Shown here: positions 11,388 to 21,858 of the stretch, in pieces
Numbering within the stretch: the stretch's first letter is position 1
Layout: each line of letters begins with the position of its first letter
Assembly (NCBI GenBank): GCA_973895155.1
Contig: OZ316897.1
Span: 1,824,515 to 1,888,514, forward strand
DNA length: 64,000 nucleotides
Origin: Marsupella aquatica
Taxonomy: Eukaryota > Plantae > Marchantiophyta
Direction of reading: 5' to 3'
The notes under the pieces: model-generated
What the model was told of the DNA's origin: nothing
Seen by the model: the letters and a program-made list of their open reading frames with translations, nothing else
Database searches by the model: none
Made by a program: the position numbers and the translations under genes

Positions 11388-13069
11388 ACTGTGAGAGAAC
11401 CTCATCTTTGTCAATTACAAATTATGATTTTCCAAACTAATATGCATGGATGGGACTATTGCAGGGAGCGATCTAAATGGATTGAAACCAGCAATTTCAG
11501 AATCAGATTGCTCCGAGGGAGTCTTGTTGGAGCAGAGAAAACCAGATTTTCGTTGGGGCCTTGAGTTCTCTAGAGTTGATTTTGATTTCCTTAGCACGTC
11601 AGAGAGACGGGATCCCATTTTGTGCATAAAGGTCAGAACAGAAGATCAAGAGACTCTTGTACTCGGACCTGTAGTCTTCATTGGAATTGAAGGAAGAGGG
11701 TTTGTTTCCATCATTCTTGAGCTCCATGAAAGGATACGATGGGTTAAGCTACATCTACCATCAAAGGCGTATTCTTCAGAGTTCAATGTTGAGTGGTCTG
11801 CTGCTGGAGAACTTGGCGTGATGGCAATGGGCTTTTTCCCTAAGTCGTATTCAACTCAAAAGGTGATTGCTGGAGTGAAGGGGATTCTTCCACTTGACAT
11901 CATGTATGGGTTCCAATATGTGAAGCTGAATATCCATAAACACCAAGGGAATTATACATTTCCGGTGACATGGATTTTAAATAATTTGCTTGACAAGGCA
12001 GGATTCCTATCTTCGGAATCAGGTGTTTGCCTTGACAAGCAAATTGCATTTGCAGAGGAGTTTGCGATGGACAATGCAAAAAAGTGGGTAGAATCATTAC
12101 CCAAGCCTACAAATGTTGCACCAGTAGTGGTGAACGAGCTTCCAGTAGTTGTTAACAAAGAAGTTCCCAAACCTAGAAAAATATCTCAGGAGACAACAAC
12201 AGGGACTGCAGGAACAACGGCTGGGACAAGCACCAAACAAGTGGTAGGGAAGCGAAGACTAAGAGAGAGGAAGGGTCGCGAGAAAATTGAGACATTGCCG
12301 AAGGAACCCGAGAAGAAGCCAGTAGCGAAGAAACAGAAAACTGACAAGTCTCTTTTGCGGTCAACCCCTACGGACGTACAGATGCTCCCAGAAGATGAGG
12401 GAGACAAACTTGATGCCCCTGAGGAGAAGAAGGTCTTAGAAGGAAATGATGTTCTCCAGAGAATAGAGCAGTACTATACTTTTGGGATAAATGAACTGTT
12501 TTCTATTCCAGTGGAGAAAATTGTGCCTGCACCTGCAAGATTATGTTACAGGATGCTCAGTAGTACCCATGTGAAGCACATAGCCGAATCCATGGTCAAA
12601 AACCCCGGACATGAACCTCACGTCGCGGACCTGCTTCCTTATAGTATGAAGCTTAGAAAGTTGCTCCATTTTGACAGCACGGAGAACGACCGCAAAGACT
12701 TTCTTGTAGGAGTGAAGAAAGGCGAGATTGGTTTCTTTGCCATCAGTGGGCAACATTCGGCTAGGGCGGCCAAGTGGGTTCTCGAATGGGCCAAAACTGA
12801 TGCCAAGCTCACAGTGTTGGCAAAAAGTTAAAATACAGGAAGTCTAGATTATTGTCAGACCTTACACCATCGGCTATATTGGTTGAGCACTCAATGAGAT
12901 CAAATGCCATCAATTCGACGATGGTGTTTCAATCATGCTTCAAAGATACAATTGTTCATGCAAGGAAACAATTCCTTGAATGCGGAGGACCAAGAAAGCC
13001 AAAGCACGGGGACAACAAGTCAAACGCCCAAGAGAATCAAAAATTTCAGGTGAGAAACACTTTTCTTGT

Positions 13070-13484
13070 TTGGACAGAGATGGTCTCTGTCCAAGAGTGT
13101 GACCGTCCGTTACATTGATTTTAGTTCAATATATTTTTGGTTATGACTTGGATGGAGATGGTCTATGTCCAAGAGTGTGATCGTCCATTCTAGAGATTTC
13201 TCTTCCTTCTACTTTTGGTTATGACTTGGATGGAGATGGTCTCTGTCCAAGAGTGTGATCGTCCATTCTAGAGATTTCTCTTCCTTCTACTTTTGGTTAT
13301 GACTTGGATGGAGATGATCTCTGTCCAAGAGTGTCATCGTCCATTCCAGAGATTTCTCTTCCTTCTACTTTTGGTTATGACTTGGATGGAGATGATCTCT
13401 ATCCAAGAGTGTCATCGTCCATTCCAGAGATTTCTCTTCCTTTTACTTTTAGTTATGACTTGGATGGAGATGGTCTCTGTCCAA
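13070..13484. repeat. Intronic 78-bp tandem repeat, 6 units each carrying the 25-bp palindrome (TTGGATGGAGATGRTCTCTGTCCAA)
   Basis: Palindromes at 13070, 13148, 13226, 13304, 13382 and 13460, inside intron 13050-13556. Confidence 0.92.
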
Positions 13485-16179
13485 CAAGCAAGTGATAGTT
13501 TGTTGTCAAATCTCATTGATTGTAGATAACTTATTTTCCCCTAATTTTGACTGTAGGATTATTTGGCATTGGCAAGGATGACCATGGGGAGAAAAGACTT
13601 GAAAAATGTATATTGGTTGCTCTTTGCCGAGAATGATCTTTTCAAGCTCTGGCGATTAGTATGCCAGATGTGGATTGATGGACATCTTCCTGATGGAGCT
13701 GGTACACAGGGAAACAAAAGGTCCGAAAAGGGTATAACGGTCGCAATGTTTCGTTGTTTTGATGGTGAAATATCAAGTAGAGATTTGACCAGAATTTTGA
13801 ACAAGGTGAAGTCAGGTCAGGTTTTATTGAAGAAGGATCCGACAAATAAGTCAGATGTTCCAGCAATGGAGGACTTTGCAAAGGAGGTGAAGATATTGAT
13901 CAAACTGAAGTCTCTTATTGGAGATTACTACTTCAAGAAGGATCCAAAAAACTTCCCAGCAGATAGTGATTGGGTTAAAGTAATTGAGGTCCTCCCATTG
14001 TTAGGTGTCGAGTCGGAGTTGAACAGGTGCCGAAGAGCGGCTGGTGAAGTATGGTTGAAAAATTTATTGAAGTCTAATCATACAAAGGAGAGTGAGATAT
14101 TGCCAATGACATTGGTGATGCGTCTAGATGATATTACTGTCAAAAGTTTGGCGGGGGGACAAGTTCTTGGACCCAACCGTGGGTCACATTTTTTAGTAAC
14201 AACCTAATGAAGACAGTCGATCTAGAGTCGTTGGAAGAACAATCTCCAACATGCCCTCTTGCAATTGTTGATTTCAGCCGACTTCAACAGAAGGAGTGGA
14301 CCGAAGCAGAGATTTTGGTACTCTTCCAATACATAGTAGAGCTACCACGGAATCCCACCATTGTTGTGATGATAACTGTCCATCCGGGTTACCTTGTACT
14401 GAATGTCCTAAGCGCTCTTCGTAAATTAGGACATTCAAAAACTCTGACTATTCACATTGAGTATGGGAGTTATTACCGAGATGATCAACCTCACCCTCAC
14501 GACTCATGTTGGAAGGGAGGAATAGAAGAAGTTATCTTTGCGGGAATTTCTCGTGAAGAGAACGTCAGCTGGGATGAAGTGTTCAAGCCCAACCAGATGA
14601 AGCCAAAATGGGTGTACGGTGAAAAGGATACTGATTTCGTGGTTGAGAAGGTCAAGGGAAAGGGAAAGGCAAAGGGCGCGGACGAGGAGTCATTACATGA
14701 AGATCTAAGAAATATGATGACCCCAGAAGAGGCGGCAATACTTCTGCACATGGCACCTCGATTTGAGACGGTCGGCGCTCGGGGTGGGTGGGTGAATCCT
14801 CACGCCAAACCCACACGGATGATCCAAAAGATCATCCAAACACTGTCCGAGCCGGGGGATTTGATTCTTGACTTTTTCTCTGGCGGTCAAGTGATGAAGG
14901 CATCCCTTTTTTCTCAATGTGAATGTTTTGTTTATTGTGACTCTCAACATGAGAGACATTTTGTGGAAGCATATGCTTCGTTCCTTTGTGAGAAGGTTCC
15001 CACCATCAAAGATCGTTATGATCCCTATGTCGGTGGAAGTTCTAGACATTGGGAACCCTCTTCTGCCGTTGTTGCTATTGACGATGAATCAGATGGTGAT
15101 CAAGAAGATGGAGTTGACCAATCAGTCAAAGACGATGGGCCATCGGAGGAGGCATACGTGAAGAATTTGGATGACCGAGTTGGCGAGGGTGAAAATATTG
15201 ACCTTGTGGAAGACGATATGATTGTTGGATCTGCACCTTGCAGTTCACCAATTACAGATGTTGCCCCCATGGGACCCAACGAGGGCCAGTATGATGATAA
15301 CTTGGATAGAGATGGTCTCCATCCACAATTGCCTGGACAAGAGATGGAAGCTGATACATTTGAAAAACTGTCTTCAAACAACCTTCTCAATCAAGGTGCG
15401 GAGAGGCATGGTGAGTCCAATGAACTCGACACATTGGGATTGAGACCGCAGCCCATCCAAATAGTTGACATTCCTGTGAATGAAGCAAGTGCATCCACGA
15501 CTGCTGACAACCAGGCAGGTGCTTCAATTTGTCCCGATACACTCTTTTCCGCTTCTGATGACAAATTGGTGTTTGTTCGATCACAATCAAGAAGTCCCGT
15601 TATCCTTCCACTCTCAAAAAAGAAAGGGAAGAGAGTAGGATCAACTGGATATAAGTCACTTGAATATGATTGTCGATGTTACGTGTGGAAAAGTGGACCC
15701 GATGTAGGAACTGAAGTTGCGTTGGATGCTGCTCAATCAATTTTGAACAATGACTCGTACAAAAAGCACAAGAAAGATCCAACTTATAGAAGTGGAGAAT
15801 TGGGATTGATAACTCCGGTTTGGTCTGCACCTTATTGGATAGAGGAGAGTACCTCCGATGTCAATTATGAGATCCAACAAGAGCTCGGTGATGATATCTT
15901 GATTGATGAATATGGATCGCATTGTTAGCCAAGGTCTAGATGAGCGATGTGACCTTATCAATTTGATATAATATAGTCTGTATAATTATACTTCAAGTTT
16001 AACAATTAGAGCATCAGTATCAATATCCATCTCCTCTTTACGGTTTCTCAATGAATACGATCAGTATGCAGATATATTTTCTTTGTGGTTGGCCACTTGT
16101 GTTCGGTTGACAGAGATGATCTCTATCCAAACTTCAAATGTGGTTTTTTCTCTAAGATTGGTATTTGTTGCACTTGCAG

Positions 16180-17216
16180 AACCAAGACTTTGTTCCATCA
16201 AGCGCAAATTGCTGATTTTGGATCTTAACAAAATACTTTGGGATTCAGTTGAATTCCAAAGCAAGGGCAAATCCAGAAATGTTGTGACCCCAACTGGAGT
16301 GCATTGGGATAGAAAAAATGGAATTAGTCGCATGTACACAGAAAGGCCAGGGCTCCATGAGTTTCTAAAGTTGGTTTTTGACCGATTTGACGTTGCAATT
16401 TGGACATGTGCTGGGGTACATCGAACAGTGAAAATGCTGAACATGATGTTCACTGCTGAGGAGCGGTTGAAACTTAAGTTTGTATTCACACAGGTGGAAG
16501 CCTTTGACACAGGCATTCAAAGGCGTGACATTACAAACGGAAAGGCAAATGTGCTACTGAAGGATTTTCGGGTGGTATGGAGTGGATTTGGAAATCTATA
16601 TGATGAAACCAACACCCTCCTTGTGGATGACTCCCCCCTTAAGGCATTTGCCAACCCAAGCATGACCGGACTATTTCCAGTGCCCTACACGCATGCCAAT
16701 GGTGGAGATAATTTTCTTCTAACAATTCTTTGGCCTTGTCTTGAGAAACTATCCCATGCAAGTGACAATAGATGTTATCTTCTTCTTAACTCTCCACTGT
16801 GGTCTCTATTGCACATAAAGAGAGACAAGGTAAAAAATGAAATTACTTATGATCAACTTAGTAAGAGATGTGCAACAAAAATTTGGAAGTCACAGTTTAC
16901 GCATACTGTGTTGGACCTCAATAGCAATGAGATTCCTTGGAACATGAAGCATCGTATATGTAGTTTACGTCCTGAGGCAGAACTTGATGATGCACTTGTC
17001 ACGTCACTTGCTAAAGCATTTGTAGGAAGGGACTATTCAGGTCCACATAGAGAAAATCCCAGACACTTTTTGCGGGAGATTATAGCCATTAGGAACAACA
17101 CCACCAAGTTTCAGCTCCCTAAAGATAAAGGGACTTGCAACCGTGACACTAGGGTAGATAGTAAAGGAGACAGGGGCACGTGCTCAAATACACATTGTAA
17201 GGAGCACTTTGTTTAG
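16180..17216 (+). CDS. FCP1/NIF-family HAD phosphatase-like domain, probably a terminal exon
   Basis: KLLILDLNKIL (motif I-like), RPGLHEFL..VFDRFDVAIWT, LLKDF..VW, NTLLVDDSPLKAFANP. Acceptor CTTGCAG at 16173-16179; no convincing independent start codon. Confidence 0.8.
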
Positions 17217-17363
17217 AGATCTAACTCATGTTAAGCCCCTTAGATAGAAGAAAGACATTGTAAATTTGGAGATAATTGTATATTATTTTATAATCTATTT
17301 GGAGTTATGTCATTTTGTTCACACATATTCAAGGGTTTCTTTGTGCTGAAATGTTTTTATAAG

Positions 17364-17571
17364 TATGATCTCTATCCTACTATTCTTTGTGAATTAATAA
17401 ATAATGATCTCTATCCTATTATTCTTTGTGAATCAATAAATGATATAATATGTATTATTTATTAATATAATACTAATATGATTTGGCCTATAAAGTGTAC
17501 ATTTAGGGACCAAAAAGTGTACATTTGGGTTTCTTAAAGTGTACATTTGGGGACATGAAAGTGTACATTTC
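17364..17571. repeat. AT-rich short repeats: ATGATCTCTATCCTA..ATTCTTTGTGAAT x2 (palindrome half-sites) and AAAGTGTACATTT x4
   Basis: Visible directly in the sequence. Confidence 0.7.
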
Positions 17572-18587
17572 AAGACTGATTTGTGAACAAAAGAAAATAC
17601 ACTTTTAATGAATAGGCTGATAAGGGACTCTATTTCTCAAGGAGACGCGCTCCTAATTTTCTTTTGAACGCTTCGACTAAAACTGTGTTAGGTGTTGTAA
17701 ACTATGTAAGAGTCGGTGCGGCCTCCAAAGACTACAGTAGTTTCCGAGAATGACCTAGTCTAGCTAGAGCAGATGCATAGAGGCACTTTCTCCTGATCAG
17801 TTTCTAATAGCTAGATCATGCAATTGGCTGTTTGTGCATGTCATCACTCTCTGTCTGGGCGCTCATGTTTCATCCATTTTCTGCCAGTGTATCTCGGTGA
17901 GTAATTAAATGGACCTTGGCCTATCGAGATTTTTTGCCGTGTCTTGATGTGAATTGTTTGAAGTTGAATCTGAGCATGCATTTGTCGTCTGCTCTTGGGT
18001 TATGTTCACTGCCAACTGAAGGGCCCTGATTGTTGCTATGAATCAGGGGCATATGATAGCAAAGAAGTTGTGACTCGTGCATAGCTTGTACTAAGAATGT
18101 AATGCTGGAGGAAGAGGCTCTCCCTGCTGCATTATCTGATAATTTTATGCCTACTAACTTCCGCAAACCATTGCCTCGCATTTTATTTTCAGATTGCTGT
18201 ATAATGTTTGTGTGATAATGCACTTGGGCTACAGTGTACTAACTTCCGTTGCTATGCACTCTGCTCAAATTGACTTATGCATTGCTCTGATGTACATTTT
18301 GCCACTGTGGTTGTCGGTCAATCCTCTTTTTTCAGTCAAATCTAGACGATGAGGACGCTTCATCATGCCTCCGAAAATATCCCAAGGTTTTTTTGACTGG
18401 TTTCTTGCATTCGTTTTCACTGTATACTTTCTCAATGAAGTTGGGAGGCGTTCATGGTCCTTCAGCTCGATCTACATTGTTTAGGCTCACTCGACTTCAT
18501 TCAATGCTTCCCTTGAGCAACTGGATTTTATTGACTATAGAGCCAGATCGAGGCATTGTCGTAGCCAACTGATCGCCTGCTTATGAC

Positions 18588-20621
18588 ATGAATGATGAAG
18601 CAGACGTTGCTCGACAGATCGCGCCATCTTTCAGCTTGGGAATGTCTGCAATGACTTTGACAGACACAACCTCATCTGGAACAGTGCTTGAGCCATTGAC
18701 TGAGTGTTCATCTGGCGCTGAATCGTATACTAGTTTAGAATCAGATATACAGAACCTGAATGGAGACCCTGAATGGAGACCCAGATATTATTGCCCTTGA
18801 ATCGATGTCCTCAAAACTGCTAACAGTCAATCTTCCGAACGGTTCTTCATGTGAGTTTCTTCCTGAAGATCAACAGTTTCAGCGCACCCTTGCCGAGGGT
18901 GGCAGTAATCCAAGTGCTGCGGTTGATCAACGGGCAGCGAATCGCCTTAACAAGTTTTGTGAGTTCAAGGGGTTCGACATTGCCATTCTGTTCAAGGAAA
19001 TACCTGGTCAAGATTGTGTAATGCTGCTCACCAAGTTTTTTGAGCAAGTTTGCAAGAAAGATGGTGACCTCTATCCCTCTTAGACCCTGATGGGACTGTA
19101 CCGCGCCTTCCATCGCATTCTCAGGAAGAAACAAGAGAGATGCGCAATCGAAACAGGTAAGGAAGAGCCAGTGTTTGACATGAGATCTTCCCCTCTTCAA
19201 ACCAGTGGCTATTGCATGTGTTTTGGCTATGGAGCGGTCGAAGAAGGCAGGTGCAAACCTGCCAAGAAAGAAGGCCTCGGTAATCACCTTTGCTGATGAA
19301 GCTACTATTCTGGCTCATTCGAGCACTTTTGTCACGCATTCCAGAGGCCTACAGCGGAGGGCAATCTTCTTTTTACTAAACCGATTCTGTATCCGTGGCG
19401 GGAAAGAACTCAACAATCTCAAGAAGTGTGATTTCATGTTTGGAGATGATGTGCATGGTAGTTTTGTTAAATATGACAAGAGGCTTAGCAAGAACTATCG
19501 AATAAGCATGTATCGTTACCAAGAAGAGCACTTTAGGCCTGCTGTGATCAACTATGACTTCGATGTGCTTGAAACACTTAGGATGTTGATTCATCATCTT
19601 CCAGTAAGTGCCGTATTTCTCTTTTACCAATGCATCGATCATCCAAGAACTCATGCTTGGTATTCAACTTCTAGACTTGGTGAGAAAACGTTGGGCTCTT
19701 GTCTTAGGATTTTACACCAAGAGGCAAGACTAGGCACAGTTGGTGTATCCAACTAGACAGGGCGCACAACTTGCATCTCGCGGATGGGTGCTGAGAGTGT
19801 CCCTCCGAAAGTCGGGTTGAAGATTTCTGGTCACAAGAGCGAGGGTGCATATGAACGATATGATTGTAGTTCTGAGGATCAAGTGCGAGCCGCATTGAGA
19901 TGTGCCACTGATGGCACTCCTTACTCTTCGACAGTGAGTATGGAGACAGCAAAGGGGACGCGGGTGCTCATTGATGGAGGTTCAGGTGAGGATGAGACTG
20001 TCCCGGTTGTTTCTGTTGATGGTGTTACAGGCCAGGTCGGGACTGTCCCTGCTATTCTTGTGGATGAAGGTCCACAACTGAAGAAAGCGGAGGATGGAGC
20101 ATCAGTAGAAGGTAATGAATTTCCTATTTTTGTGGAAGTTCTTGGGTTAGATTGTGGATCATGAGGATGATAAGTTTACTTTTGTGTTTTGTACGGTGTC
20201 CGAATGTGCAGATTCAAGTTTGCAGACTGGGCTGAACTCAGAAGTCCTAGTTGAGGCTGCTCACTGTGAAGCAGCTGTTACAGTTGTGATCTTTGAGCTC
20301 GAGCCGGAGGCTGTGGTGCCTTCCCTGATAGCACCAAGCTGTGATGAGCCAATCCACTTCAATCAACAGCCATAGTTTAATGCTTTTGACTGTTTTCTTG
20401 AGTCCATGGACTGGGACGTGTTGAGTGCTGAGCCAAGGTGGAGAGGGATTGCTCCCCATGGGGTGACTGTTGTTAACAGGGTTGTGCTGCATACTGTTTT
20501 TGATAAAATTAAAGCGCTAACCAATTGCACCATGAATGGTTGCACATTCAGCCTTAATTTTGGCCCACATGGAGGAGGACCTGGAGGAGGTGGAGATGGA
20601 GGAGGAGCGGCATTAATCTAG
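18588..20621 (+). pseudogene. Crypton-type (DUF3504/ZMYM-like) tyrosine recombinase, disrupted
   Basis: LTKFFEQVCKKDGDLYPS*TL binding-domain motif; catalytic R in FCIRGGKEL; SN*TGRTT (HxxR position); ISGHKS; catalytic Y in YERY; C-terminal NCTMNGCTFSLNF. Lesions: 13-bp duplication CCTGAATGGAGAC (~18755-18780), stops at 19081, 19754 and 20373, frameshifts at ~19190 and ~20155. Confidence 0.88.
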
Positions 20622-21102
20622 GCTTAGTTATTTAGTAGACTATAGAGAGTAGACTATGCTCAGATTATAGACACTAGACTGCTCAGTAGACTAAGCTCAG
20701 ATTATAGCAGCTAGTGAAAAGTAACTCGTATGGGTGTCCAGAAGGAGGTGTTACTATTCTTTAGCTTTATGAGCCATTGAACTGTAATTTTTGTTTACAC
20801 ATCAATAAAGTTCTTTCCCCCACCGTGGGATTTCATTATCAAAGTTCTTGCGTTTTTTAATCTTCCAGCTGTATCCACAAATTACCTGGTGTACAAATAC
20901 ACCTGAATTCCCTAACGGTATCCACATTTTACTTGGTGTACAAATACATCTCAAAATATGGTTTAAATTAATGAGATGTAAAGCTGACAACGTGGCAAGC
21001 TCTGATAAGGGAAGAGCAATAAAATCACCGAACGACCCTTAACGTATACATTAAATACCCTGTATTCTGACACTCTAACTTTAATATATTGGTCAACTTT
21101 TA

Positions 21103-21552
21103 GAGCATCTCCTACATTAATGGGGTTCACGGGTTCACTCAATGTATACATTAAATACCCTGTATTCTGACACTCTAACTTTAATATATTGGTTAATATA
21201 TTGAGTGTATGGGCTGAGTGATGCTAAAGTCCAACCCCAATGGATATGGGATATTTTAAATAAGGGGTTTCTTGAAGACACATATTAGAACATTAGACTG
21301 CCTCGTTCCAGCAAAGAAGAAGACTTTCCTCCACCTTACCATCCATATCTGCTGTATCCAGTCAAGAACCCTGTGGATGGAGCACAGCGGGATTTGACCT
21401 CCACAATCCCGTTCCCGCAAGAGAAAACCCCATGAAAGAAAAATACGGTCCCGTTCCCGTTCTACCATAGGGTCTTTTTTTTATATATTGCTTCACGGGG
21501 TTGGTGAAAATCCCCGTCCCCGTTAGCCAACCACTCTGCATAGGAGATGCTC
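21103..21552. mobile_element. PIF/Harbinger (Tourist-like) MITE
   Basis: TIR GAGCATCTCCTA (21103-21114) / TAGGAGATGCTC (21541-21552); TTA target duplication at 21100-21102 and 21553-21555. Confidence 0.88.
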
Positions 21553-21661
21553 TTAAGCAATATCCTTGTACGAGTATTTATTTGTATCATGGTTTGAGCA
21601 GCTCCATAGCTGAACAAACAACGTGAGCTAGAATGCATGGCCCGCCCCCTCAGAAACCAAG

Positions 21662-21858
21662 AGGTATTTGTGTACTAGGGTAACCCATCCCCAAGAGGGG
21701 GTATTGGGGTGTAATCCTACTTGGGAGTAATGGATGGGGGGTAATGGGTTGTAATCCCAGAGGGAGCTCAGCCAGCCAGAGGGGGGTTAGAGGGGTGAGG
21801 GGGGTTAAGGGGTTACAGCCATTATCCCCAAGTGGGGATGAGTTACGCACAAAGCCTG
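21662..21858. mobile_element. Possible degenerate G-rich MITE
   Basis: Imperfect inverted ends (AGG..TTTGTG..GTAACYCATCCCCA); a related fragment lies at ~22375-22420. Confidence 0.35.

Larger units (their letters stand above)
10678..15928 (+). pseudogene. Spliced gene with a ParB/Srx-like domain and a beta-class N6A/N4C DNA methyltransferase-like domain (exons ~10678-10807, 11465-13049, 13557-~15900); two apparent 1-nt frameshifts
   Basis: Phase-compatible GT-AG introns 10808-11464 (phase 1) and 13050-13556 (phase 0). ParB-like segment IPVEKIVP..YRMLSSTHVKHIAESM...FAISGQHSARA. MTase motifs HAKPTRMIQKIIQTLSEPGDLILDFFSGG. Frame breaks in an A-run at ~12825 and at TAATG 14205-14209. Confidence 0.72.
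3472..21043 (+). mobile_element. Large (~17.6 kb) tyrosine-recombinase (Crypton-like) element with cargo, flanked by GTATA direct repeats
   Basis: GTATA at 3467-3471 and 21044-21048. Deleting the interval restores CACTCAATGTATACATTAAATACCC, matching the intact copy at 21136-21160. Imperfect terminal inverted arms, a YR pseudogene at the right end, and a shared 25-bp palindrome through much of the interval. Confidence 0.8.

Noticed and set aside
13293-13529. Repetitive ORFs in the 78-bp repeat (likewise 4289-4639 and 11262-11564)
   Set aside because: By-products of tandem repeats, two of them inside predicted introns.
3472-21043. DIRS/Ngaro YR retrotransposon (Gag + MTase + YR)
   Set aside because: No RT/RNase H, no ITR/ICR or split direct repeats seen, the YR is Crypton-type, and a protease is present.
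3472-21043. Bacterial/phage contamination or an endogenous giant virus
   Set aside because: It has spliceosomal introns and clean junctions into plant MITE sequence, and I recognise no capsid, polB or packaging ATPase.
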